From Podospora anserina (lineage: Eukaryota), in the NCBI GenBank assembly GCA_017654855.1, contig CM030334.1, positions 3,968,001-4,032,000 of the forward strand: a stretch of 64,000 nucleotides of DNA. The letters run 5' to 3'. Positions within the stretch are counted from its first letter, which is position 1. Every line of letters starts with the position of its first letter. Under the pieces are notes generated by a model, which had not been told where the DNA came from, did no database searches, and worked only from the letters and a program-made list of their open reading frames with translations. The position numbers were made by a program, and so were the translations under genes. Positions 25,897-37,212 of this stretch are shown piece after piece.

Positions 25897-27711
25897 TTAA
25901 TTCAAGTCAACCAGGCTCTCGTTTGCCGATGATGGAGACTGTTGAAGCAACTGGACCACCTCGTGGTGGTTGTTCTGGGAAGCGAAGTGAAGAGATGTAG
26001 CCTCGCTGCTTTTACGTTTAGCCAGAATACTGGCGCCGTGTTGCAGCAGCAATCTCACTACACCCTGATGGCCGTTTTGGGAAGCTAGCATCAACGGTGT
26101 AATATCATCACTGCCCTTGGCGTCAACTCCAGCGCCATGTTCGAGAAGTATTTTCACACCTCTGGATGTCCTCTTTGTGAGGCAATGTGAAGGGATGTTG
26201 CCCCGTGGGGCCCACAGCTCGTTTGGGGACTGGCCCCGTGTTGTAGAAGTAGCTTTACCACACCAAAATGGCCCCTATCTGAAGCTGTAAACAGTTGTGT
26301 TTTTCCATCATCGCGTTTGGTGTCCAGCTTGGCACCTTGCTCCAAGAGCGACCGGACCACTTCTTGATGACCATTTGCGGAGGCTAGACAAAGCGGTGTA
26401 AAGCCTTTGGATCCGGAAGGTTCGAGCTGTGCTCCACGTTCCAAAAGAGCCTGGACGATCTGAGAGTGTTCGTTCTGTGCAGCTTGGTGCAGTGGTCGCC
26501 TGTCCTGACATTTGGCTTCAATATCGATGGGCGTTTTGGTATCTAGAAGTAGCTTGACGATTTCGTAATGTCCCTGATGCGCAGCCAACCACAAGGGGGT
26601 CCGTCCATCAACAGTGCAGGCATCGGGTTCTGCTACCCTTTTTAATAACAGGTCTATCACCTCGGTATGACCTTTGAACGCTGCTATATGGATGGGATAC
26701 CATCTGACCCGTGGAATGGTGAGGTTAAGGTCCACCTTGTACCAAATCATAAATTCAAGAATGTCGAGATGGCCAAATTCCGCAGCGAGATAAACGCAAC
26801 TTTTCCCGCTTCTCGTGACCGCGCACACACATTGTGGGTTGTCGTCCACCATTAGCTTGATGGTAGGAAGGGAGCCGGTTCGGATAGGGTAGTGGACAGG
26901 GTCATAATCAGGAGTCGTTGCGCTCGACGACCCGGTATTGCGACTCACAAATGCGGTGGCATACAGTTCAAGATCGTGGATTCCTTGATCGAAGCTCCGT
27001 CGTGATAAGAGCTCATGATTTGTGGCAGTTATGGCGTCATTTCCGGTGACTGGACTATGTGTGACTGTGCCATTCTGTGGAGCTTTGGATCGCATGAGTA
27101 CTGGCGCATTGACTTGAAATGAAGCTTCTAGAGGCTGGATGGGTTGTACGTGGCCAATCGGCGCTGCCCATGTTGCTGTAGGTATTTTCTGTTGCAGCGG
27201 TGCAGATGGTGACTGTTGTGCTTCAGGCGGTCCAAGTGGCAATGAGGGCGTATTCAAGGGTGGTGATGTTTGCGATGATGGTGAGGGTTCATGTAGGGCT
27301 GGTAAGCAAGCTATTGACGGTGATGGTAATGATGCTGGCATATGCCCTTACTGAGGCCTTGGTCTTTTTCGGTTCTTGTTGAAAGCCCATTTCGCAAACT
27401 GAATCTTGTACTGTTGTTTGCTAGACTCAAGTTAGGTAACTCTTCTTGCTCTCCATACGTCCATGGTTGCAAGCATGGGATCCCGCAAGGAATACACACC
27501 TTGCATCAAAACCGTGTTCAGATGTCATAGTTGCCATCACCGTTTTGAGGTCAGTCCTTGCGTAGAGATCCTCAATTATTCGCCTGAACTTTGTCCATTC
27601 TGCATCGGGAACTTTGCAGGCCCGAGGAAGGCGAGAGCCTGGCTTTTCGAGCTTTCTTGGCTTCTGGCACGGCTTTGCCATGGTGTTTATCTGAAGCATG
27701 TCTGCCTCCAT
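25897..27711 (-). pseudogene. Clr5-domain / ankyrin-repeat gene, disrupted
   Basis: Exon 1 'WTKFRRIIEDLY...LKTVMATM..EHGFDA' splices (intron 27499-27421) to 'SKQQYKIQFAKWAFNKN', a Clr5-like domain. An in-frame TAA follows at 27350-27348. About ten ankyrin repeats come next, with a 1-bp frameshift at about 26157 ('GHPEV*' vs 'VKILLEHGA'). Confidence 0.75.
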
Positions 27712-29307
27712 CGTTATCCCAAACTAATCGTTGCCCAGGCAGTTAAAATTTTTTCCAGATCTCAGGACTCCATCAACTGTTGGAACGGGTATTCAAACGG
27801 TCAAAAGTTGGCTGTTGATCGACGTGAGCTTTTGAGTGGCAGTTCCAGTCAGCGATCGGAAGTGAAGAGCATCTCTTTCTTTGGACCTGGCAATATCCCC
27901 CGAAAAGTTTTATGTGGCTTAAGACGCCCGCGGAAGCTGCATCGGATTATTAACATGCAAACACCGCCAAGCTGCTCGTCACGGGTCACTGCGCCTTTTC
28001 GGCGGCGGATACGATCTGGTCGGGTGGTCGCCCCCCTCAAGGATGCCAGGACAAAAGTTCTACCTGGGACAGAAGTTTTATGTATCCAGGAAGTATTCCT
28101 CGTCACATATTTTAAACTTTGTCGTTTTGACAATGGGTAAGGCCACTGTTCCTTTCTCTTGCGTTGCACTCCGACGCTTTTTTTTTGTTCTTCTTTTTTA
28201 AATTTTTTATTTATTTATCATGCCTCCTAAGCTGCAAATCTCTTCTTTTGGCATAGCTATTCTGACCTCGAATACCAAGCAACCGTGGGGGGTTTGCAGG
28301 ATAATCTTATTTGGGTAGGGGTTGTGGGGGTGAGTTCTAGAGGATGAACTTGGCGCGACGAAATAACATCCTGGGTACGAAATGCAGTAGGTGTAGCATG
28401 GGTATGCAATCCTCCCATGCCCTCAAGGTTTCAAACCTGAGGTCGTTGCTATGTTGCTTTAGTATCAATCATTATAGTCAGCTCCTAATATTATACATGT
28501 ACTGATACCTGTAATGATGACCGGAGTTCTGAAGCATTGTGGTATGTAATTGAGACTGAAGATGTCTCTACCTACGCCTTATGCATAAATGACAAGTTTA
28601 TTCTCATACCTATTCGGACAGGATATCAGATTTACTTTATCTGAGCTCAGTGAGTAGGTACCTACCTACCTTTCTGTTAATGTCGGGGCAATAGGAAAAC
28701 ACAAAGTGTGCAGTGTCCAAGGCGAACCGACCTTCGACATCCATGTTGGTAGGCTCTCAGCTTTGACTTATCTATCTGTGTAAGCTGAGGATTCTTTTGC
28801 CGGAAGCTTTGCTCAGTGGGTCGTAGATATGTTAACTGAAAGCAGGGCGTTACGTGAGCCCGACCAAAACAAAGCGATGGTTTAGGATTTAGTGATACCT
28901 TAGCCAGGAACGAGGGATGTTGCATTGTACTGAGATAACGTGTCGCTCTTTCTGATGAAACAGATTTCTATCTAAGCTGCATTCCAAGGCAATAGGAAAG
29001 AATAGAGGCCTGATGTAAATCGATAGTCACCACGGCCTTCAGTTAGGCCTGGATGTAGACCTTTGTCTAAGGTATGCTTCAACATCCATTCCTTAGCCAT
29101 AATGATGGCTTGCACCTTGCAAACATGTGCGTCAAGTAAACCTAGGCATGTAAGGCAGACTGTGCCATACTGGTAAGAAATGTTAGCGTCTGTCAGTCGG
29201 TATATTACAATGCTATAACAAAGAGGTCCACGTCAAGGCGGAATGAAATTCATGAAAGTGTAAGGTACGTACGGAAGGCAAGAAGATTCATTGTTGAAAA
29301 TTCAAAA

Positions 29308-29520
29308 CTAATTGGCTCTCATTGAACCTCCCCGGTGCTTGTATGTCATACTGAGCTGAATAATAGCGACACCCAGAGTGAGAATGCCCACCACAATGAC
29401 GACGATGTTTAAGATGACCTGAAAGTCGACTGGGGCACCGTGGTGGATGTCTGATCCCGAGGCTGGATTTGTTGTAGTATAGCTTGACTGTTGGATATCC
29501 AATGGCTGAGCCGTAGGCAT
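29308..29520 (-). CDS. Putative 70-aa single-pass membrane microprotein
   Basis: ATG at 29520 (context ACAATG). One clean TM helix 'VILNIVVIVVGILTLGVAIIQL' followed by basic residues. A TATA-like TATATA lies at about 29746-29751. Confidence 0.4.
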   Translation of the reverse strand: MPTAQPLDIQQSSYTTTNPASGSDIHHGAPVDFQVILNIVVIVVGILTLGVAIIQLSMTYKHRGGSMRAN

Positions 29521-30796
29521 TGTGATTACTGACCCAGATGATGTTGAAACGCGTTGATGTTTAGCAGTGACCAAGTGTTGCCCGGTCACGAACAATTGGA
29601 AGGAAAGATCGCGAGGTCTGGGGGTCAAAGTAGTAGGGAGTCGATGCTAAAGAAGACTAGTTCCGGGTGCCAGTACGAGAGGCTTAGGACAAGCGAGACC
29701 AAGGGATGAAATACTGGGGACGGACAATGAGAGAGGAAGGGACCCTATATAAGGTAGAGCCTGGTGAAAAAAGGGTACGACAAAACCTTAGGGTTCTGAT
29801 ATGCTTGAGCAGAGGGATGGTGAAAATTCATACTCAAGTGGTTGTAAAACTTTCTGCCCAACATGTTGGCTGCAGCATGTTTGTTCTGTCACTCGAATGA
29901 GGGATGTAGTTGCTGGGGCAGTGTTGGAGCATGGAAAGCTTTCTCTGCAATTGACATCGCGTCGAGGTCAAGTGTTCAAGCTTCAAGCCCGATTTATCCT
30001 AGAATTGTGATCATTCAAGAGTCGGTGGGTGACTGCGGATCGATGCGCACATGAAATAATGGCGTAAAACTTCTGAAAAACTTCTGAGCCCTGTTGTGAC
30101 GGTCGCAGCGTCTTCAGCTGCATCCATGCCCCACTTGCGACTTGGAAAGCTGGATCTCAACATCAATATCAAGTTGTCAAGTTGTCAGCATCAGGTTAGA
30201 TCCATGCCCCCAAGCCTCCCTTTTTTTGTTAGCGAGTGAAATACGTTTGGCTTCCAGGTCGGCAATGATGTTCGACTCAACTTTCTGTGTAGGTAGGCGG
30301 TTTGCCCAGCTGTCGGATACAAAACGCTACTAAAACCGCTTGTAATGAGCCCAACGGTACAATCTCACACAAGCGTGAAATTTTTGGCAAGTGTTAGCAA
30401 TGCTATTCACGGGTAACAACCCGTTCTTTGTCATTTCACAATTGTATTGTTACTCAAGAAGTTGTCTTGAGAAAATTGGGAATAGGTATAAATACATTAT
30501 TCCAAGGACTACTAAATTTAGCTATGGGCTGTTGACAGTGCATCTGCTTTCTCTTCAGAAACAGGCTACAGGCGGTAAGGTACGTAGGTAGGTTACATGA
30601 TTGGTATGTACATAAGGGACTTCGACTCCGTGTAAGCCCAAACTTCTAAACATCTGAAAGTCGCAGGACCAGTCATCTGAGCCACTTGGTCACTCCGCGC
30701 TATTTCCCTTCAAGGAGACTGGGTATCCCAGGCTAAGCATCGACATCCTGCTGCAACATCATCGCCATCTCCACGTAAAACAGTAAGTCCTATGAC

Positions 30797-31376
30797 TTGA
30801 TCCACGACACGCTACCTGCTAACCGGATCCCTTCTGATAGCCCATTCCTTACCTGGCCCGTTGCCAAGGTCCACCACGACGTCTACAATCTGGGTCCAAT
30901 CTTTGAAGATGATGGCTCCGTCAACGGATCAAAAAAACATTGGGTTATGATATTGGAATGCCCTTCAGCAAATGGACAAGTGAAAGTCAGCATGGACAGC
31001 AAAATGAACGTGCGAACTGGGCACATAAGTACGTACATTGCCAAAGTGACCCGTTACATCGGTAAAGGAAGTAGTGTCATATTCAGACAGACCAGAACTG
31101 TGAAGTCCAGCTTTACAGTGGAATATTCTGGGTGCAATTATTGGTTCAGGTTGGCACCGCTACAAGATGACTTGCGATGCAAGAGGTGGATTTAAAGGGT
31201 GCCAACATCACTTGAGGACCGTAACCCAGTGCCTCATCCAGCTTGTCTGGGTCACGGAGAAGTCTGATACAGGTCTCACCATGAATCAATATCTTGGTTA
31301 TGTTTACTTTATAAACGACACGAATATGATGTCGATGATCGTCGGTATCTACAACGTTACCGCCAAACAGCCGTAG
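30797..31376 (+). pseudogene. Degenerate small fungal gene relic
   Basis: Protein-like segments 'KKHWVMILE...VKVSMD...TRY...SFTV' and, in a shifted frame, 'GCQHHLRTVTQCL'. No clean start or continuous frame. Confidence 0.3.
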
Positions 31377-31787
31377 AAGGTGAGTTGCTTGACTTTGATG
31401 GCCGGGCAATCGGAAACTGTGGAGAATGAGTGAAAAGTTGTAGCTAGGTATCTAGTCTGATAACGGTTCCCATTGTTAGAATGCAGGTAAGGAATAACCA
31501 ACCTGGAAGACTTCCTGGCTTAGCTTTTCTCTAGATGCTGAAACTTGAACTTCGCACATACGGGGTTGGGCTTGTAAGTTGTAAAACATCGCGTGGGTAG
31601 ATCGACAGGGGCACCGTTCATACAGAAAACGGTAAAGACAAGAGCTCATGTTTCCCGTCCACTTTTATCCGTATATTTAGACTCCCATTGCATTGATTTG
31701 GCACTGGAATTAAACAGCCAACTTCTCTCTTATTTACGATGACCTATTATCGCACACCTTGTGACAAGAACTGGGACCCGCAAACCA

Positions 31788-32949
31788 TCACTCAACCGGC
31801 ACCAGATATCTCAACGTCGTCCGGCTCCACAGCTCATTCCCGGCCATCTGATACTCCAACCCTTGCAAATACTTTCTCAGCTCTGGCGTATCCCGGCGTG
31901 CGAGAACCGCTTGGACCAAATCAAAATGTTGCGCCTCCCATTCCCGGCAGAGGCTATAGAGCACCCTTTTGGCAGCAGCAGTTGATATCTCAGCGTCTGC
32001 TGCGATCGTGGCCACACCTGTGCACAGGGACCCGCCCTCTTCATGTGCCGTCTGTGAGGTGAGAAGTTCCTTTTCGAAGCTCCAGATGTCGTTGATGATT
32101 GATAGATGCTTCGAGCAGTTCATGTCGACGGGGCGGGCGAGGTCGAGGTCCGGTGAGGGGATAGACAAGCCCATTGTGAAGCGTATCAGTGCCGCGAGGA
32201 GTCTGATGATGCCAATGCGATGTCAATATCAGTATAAACGTTAGCTCATGCTCGGAAAGCAAACATACCCTTTCCCGACATCGCGTTCCCGGTATTCGAG
32301 GTACTCCTTCAGACCCATCGGCTTGGTGCGTGCCTTGTTTGTCTGCGCACGCATAAAGATAAAGACGGGCTCGAGGATGTCGTTGGCCATCCAACGGTCA
32401 TGCGCCCGCATGCCTTCCCACAGGTCGTATGTGATGTACTCAACCGGGACGGAGCGGTCAGGCGGTATGTCCCCTCCGCGCATCAGAGGCATGAGACGAG
32501 CGTTGTAGGCCTCCCTTTCGGCGAGGGACATGTGCTCGAGCAGATCTGAGTTAATCCAAGGTAATCTTTAGCTAGGTAATGCCCAATGGCCTGGAAAAGG
32601 AGAACCTGCCATCAACGAGAAACAAAACTGTCAACAACCGACAGGCAAAATGGATCCGGTCGTCCAGCGCCATGGGGAAATAGAGGCACGTCACGCGCGA
32701 GAAACCGGCGCCGACAAATCTTTTTCGGCTTCGCGCGTCGGGAAACGGCCAGTGCTTGAGGAAGTAGTCGTCTACCTCTCTGGCTACTACGTCCACTAAG
32801 GGGTGACATAGGGCCTTGAAGTTGGAGGTTGGGATGCCACTGTCGACAAAGGAATCGATTTCAAGTTTGTTCACGTGCTCCTGTTCATTTGAAGCCGGGA
32901 CTGGCAGTTGCGCCTGGGCTGTGATGGTGAGGATTCCGGTGGTTTTCAT
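31788..32949 (-). CDS. Sesquiterpene cyclase, aristolochene-synthase-like
   Basis: Exons 32949-32610, 32545-32269 and 32202-31788. Motifs DDLLE (across intron 1), 'YLEYRERDVGKG', NSE triad 'NDIWSFEKE', 'WSRTTLRY'. 'HWPFPD...FVGAGFSRVTCLYFP.ALDDRIHFACRLLTVLFL' is characteristic of fungal aristolochene synthases. Confidence 0.9.
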
Positions 32950-34213
32950 GATGCTTGTTGGACGTCGAAGATAGGTAGGTAGGTAAGCAGGAGAGCAAGC
33001 GTAATGGTTGAAAGTTTGGGAGACAATAAGGTAGCTTCCCGTGAACTTCAGGTCAGACGTCTGTTTTATTACTACCTACCTATAAATGGGAGCATAATTC
33101 ATTACTAAACATTCTGCAGCCAAAAGAAAAGATCTGACTACCTGGTATTTCGGCAAACTACCTTACCGTTTGACTTGTTGTTGCACTAACTTCCAAGTGA
33201 ATAAGCTGGGCTTGCATTATCTTGAGTCCGAATCAATAAATGTCAGGCATGTAAGATCAGATAGCTGGAGCCACGCAATCAAGAACAATACATGGGTCGC
33301 ACAGAGCAATTCCTGGGAACGATATCATCGCGCCCTCTTGTGATTGTACCGAGCTGTCCAGTTATAATCAAAAACAAGTCCGAGTAGAATGCCAAACATG
33401 GTCAGGTTGCCAATCTTTGCGGGATCTTTTGATGTAATGCGATGCAGCTACTATTTTGGTGTTGCACAAAAATAGTGCAACTTCACCACGCCAATGCTGT
33501 GGACTCAAAGTATGATCCCAAGATTTGGGAGCCCATATTAAGGTACCTAGGTAGATAGCTATCTCCCCAAGTTCTGCGATATCATCCAACTCATGCCCGA
33601 TTTGTATACAGTCACAGACCGCTTTGTGCGCTCCAAATCTTTGTATCACAACACCCTCCGCTTACCTATAGGCACCTTACTCAACCCTCAGAATGGAGTC
33701 CATCATTCTCATCGGCGCGGGCACGTTGGTGGAGCGCCTGCCATCCCAGCTTTTATCGGGTCTGGCCAGCATCTTCATCCTTGGTGTTAGTATTCCTTGC
33801 TCCCCATAACGGGAGGTGCTTAAAGTTCTGACAATACAAACACAGGTCCTAACACTCATCGTAACCAGGGCAATCTACAATGTCTACTTCCATCCCCTTT
33901 CCAAGTTCCCTGGTCCCTTGTACTGCGCCATTAGTGACGTGTGTCACCCAGTAACCTTCTTCAATGTCCCTGGGAAATGAACTGATACAGCCAGCAGATT
34001 CCCCATTGCTTGTGGTTTCTAGGAGGACGCCAACCATACAAAATTCTTGAACTTCATAATCGTTACGGTACAGTGAGATCAATCCTCGTTCTACACCCAG
34101 CATCTAACCCCAAAGACCCTAGGCCCGGTGGTGCGAACAGCCCCAAATGACCTGTCTTTTAACACGGCCCAATCATGGAAAGACATATACGGTTCCAGAC
34201 AGGGCCACCAGGC

Positions 34214-34253
34214 TTTTTTTTCTCTTTTTTTTTCTCTTTTTTTTTCCTTTTTT
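34214..34253 (+). repeat. Polypyrimidine (T-rich) tract at the P450 deletion junction
   Basis: 40-bp tract 'ttttttttctctttttttttctctttttttttcctttttt' directly after the codons for GHQA. Confidence 0.85.
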
Positions 34254-35299
34254 CGGCTGATCAAATGTTGCTGTTTCTGCTCATGACACGGTATGTAACT
34301 AGATGTTGAACATCCCTGGATCGCCACCCATCTCGGAGCTCTGAATCAAGGAGCCCTGGCCGACACCTTGAAGCGCTTCCCGACACTCGCCTGGCTTGCT
34401 CAGGGGCTGCTGCAGAAGAAAATCTGGGAACTCACCGAGGACACAAAGAAAAATGAGAATTTTGCCATTGATATGATCAACAGGTGAGTCATGCTCCGTG
34501 AAAGAAAACACAAAGCTGCGGCGCCTGTGAGGACTGATGTTCAAGACAGACGAATCCACCGCGATGAGCTTTCGCGCAAAGACTTCATGACGCACATTCT
34601 ACAGAGGCGGGGTTCTGCCCAGGTGTCGGACCTACAGCTAGCAGCGCACGCTTCTGACTTTGCCCTGGCTGGAAGCGAGACCACGGGCACTGCCTTGTCA
34701 GCCATCATGTACTACTTGCTGCGAACTCCCCAGGTCATGCTCAAGCTTCAAAAGGAGATCCGAGGCAGTTTCAAGACATATAGTGAGATATGTTTCAGGT
34801 CAACGATTGGCTTGCCATATCTGGACGCTGTTATTCTCGAGGGGCTCAGAATGTACCCCCCAGTACCGCTTGGTCTGCCCCGTGTGGTGCCGGATGGAGG
34901 CGACACGGTCGACGGACATTTTCTGCCAGCTGGGTCAGTGTATCCTGTAGTTGAGGGGAAAAGCACTAAGCATAATAATATCAGGTCGTTGTTTACACAC
35001 ATCCAGTTGCGGCAAGCTTGAGCTCGGCAAACTTCAAGGATCCTCAGGCTTTTAAACCTGACAGGTGGCTTGACGAGCACCAAGGAGATATACGAGAAGC
35101 GTCTCAAGTGAGCTAGCTACCTACCTTGGTGATTGAAACCCGAAGACAAAAGAAATTGACTGACGACTTATCTTCCATCCAGCCATTCTCACTAGGCACT
35201 CGTGCTTGCATGGGAAGAAAGTACGCAACAACCTCACATACCTTAGGTACCTATTATGCTGACAATGCTAACAAACCTCTTTTAGCCTTAGGCACATGG

Positions 35300-35484
35300 T
35301 GTTGGGCTGGCGACCTAGGAAAGTCACCGGCGGCGAAAATGAGGCCAAAAAATGGCCAAAATTGGTAAGCAAATTAGTATTACAGTAGTTGGTTGTTGGT
35401 TGAAAAGAAAACAGTAAGAAAATCCAGCCCCAAGAGCAAACCGGTGTGGGTCTGGGAAAACCTGGGCCCTTTTGGTGCCCCACA
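35300..35484. mobile_element. Solo LTR (185 bp) of an LTR retrotransposon
   Basis: TG...CA termini with imperfect inverted ends TGTTGGGC / GCCCCACA. Perfect 5-bp target-site duplication CATGG (35295-35299 and 35485-35489). Removing it restores the P450 frame (…H M E M R T A L A K). Confidence 0.88.
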
Positions 35485-36711
35485 CATGGAGATGCGAACA
35501 GCGTTGGCCAAAGTTCTCTGGAAGTATGATCTGGAATTGGTGAATACGTCGCTGGACTGGCATCGCGACTCAGAGATGCATACTCTCTGGTGCAAACCGG
35601 CACTCTGGGTCAGGTTACGAGTGCTTAAAGAGTAGGCAAGCACCTGAGCAAGCAACAAGCGTGCGATACCCAAGATATATAATAGAGACCGACCCCTTTC
35701 CAATCGAGGTTGTTGGACATGAACCCTTCAAAGAGCTTCATGAAACTGGGACGAAATAGTAGAGCAGGTGAAACTATGCCTATATCTCCGAGGATGTCAA
35801 CTCTTAGCGTCTCTGAAGTGTGGTTTTTTTTTTTCGTTCTCATAGGTGGAATAAATTTGCCTCTGCGTTTCTTGATCCCTCGACCGTCCCATGAATCTTG
35901 TCTCTCTCTGCCCCTCACCCTTGATTCGGGGTTTTGCTGAACAGAAGGTAATGATCTTGTCGAAAACTTGTGTTTGCGACCCTGAAGAACATGGTAGCAT
36001 TCTTGTTCTGGTGATACATCAAGAAATGGCAAGACAAAGCCTAGTTCTTTTCCATGTACACATCAAGTTTGGCAATCTGTGTCCTAAAATCCTCCAGTTC
36101 TCTTACCCGTATCCGCCCCTCCCATTTCCCTGCTAATAAGAACACATGGACTTCTTTTTGAATCACAATGTCCCCAACGAGCTCGATCATCTTAGGGCCA
36201 AGAACAGGATCACCCGCTGCCCAAAATGCGCTACCGAGTCAGCCATATGGCAAGCCTTCTTGCCCGGCTTTGGACCTGCTACTATCCTGACAGCTTGGGA
36301 AGACTTTGGTAGGCCCGGCCGCACGGGTAGAGGGATTCTCAAGAAGTGGAGGTGGATCTCGCATCTCACAACCGTCCACGGTATTTGCATTTGCCAGATA
36401 AGGCACCAGCGCACTGCCTTTGTTGAGGCGCTTGCAGTTGCCAGCGCTAGGTGCCTAGGCGCAACCTTGAAGCGCTTGGAGCTGCCAGCTGCAGGTGCGT
36501 GATCGAAACTGTGTTTGGTTCCCGAACGCCTCGTTCCACTTGCAAATGAGGAGCTACTGCGGTGGCTGGCGATTTGAGCCGTGTGCCAGCCCTATTTCTT
36601 TTTATGAATCTCCTTCCTTCACAACATACTCTACCATCACCGACGCCATGGTATCCTATATTTGCCCTGTCTCGATAGCCCCTTCGCAGATCACCCCAGC
36701 TAGGGAGCGCT

Positions 36712-37209
36712 ATGCAAGCGGAACCAAGCTCAGTATTCAAACTCACATTCCTCCGGAACCGTTCGGGCCCAACCACCAGGAGGCGAGCCCTGAAGTCAAT
36801 GTCGAACATCGACATCACCGACTTCATTTTTGCAGTGGATAACCCGCCATTTGACCCTAGTCCTTGGGAAACACTGGAAGATATCGATCGTGACGAGGAG
36901 ATGCTCGTCATCGAGAGATACGTTGAACAGAAGGAAGACGGCGGCTCGACCGTTGTAGAGTGTCATCTTCAAAAAGATCCATCAGTGCAATACATTGCTA
37001 AGATCTACGACGCGGTTGATTACCCAGACCCAACTCAAGAAGATGAAGAAGATGAAGGCATGGATGCTGGAACTGGGGTGGACAACAAAGATGGACAGGC
37101 TGGGGATGGAGATTCAAAAAGTGGTGACCAAGAGAGTGGAACGGGCGTCATCGGTGTGGGAATGGGTGTCATATTTCTGTCCGCTTTGGTCTCGCTGTTG
37201 AACTTGTAA
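36712..37209 (+). pseudogene. Truncated gene relic, possibly the N-terminal lobe of a fungal kinase-like protein
   Basis: 'GGSTVVECHL...QYIAKIYDAVDY' resembles the 'VAKIYDPLYY' motif of fungal kinase-like families. The ORF ends soon after with no catalytic lobe. Confidence 0.3.
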
Positions 37210-37212
37210 CCT

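Larger units (their letters stand above)
33693..35635 (+). pseudogene. Cytochrome P450 pseudogene (internal deletion plus solo LTR insertion), divergent from the terpene cyclase
   Basis: 'YFHPLSKFPGP', 'PVVRTAPNDLSF..AQSWKDIYG', I-helix 'AGSETT', 'EGLRMYPP', heme motif 'PFSLGTRACMG'. The region between 'GHQAF' (34216) and 'EHPWI' (about 34308) is missing. The last exon is interrupted at 35300-35484. Confidence 0.88.
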
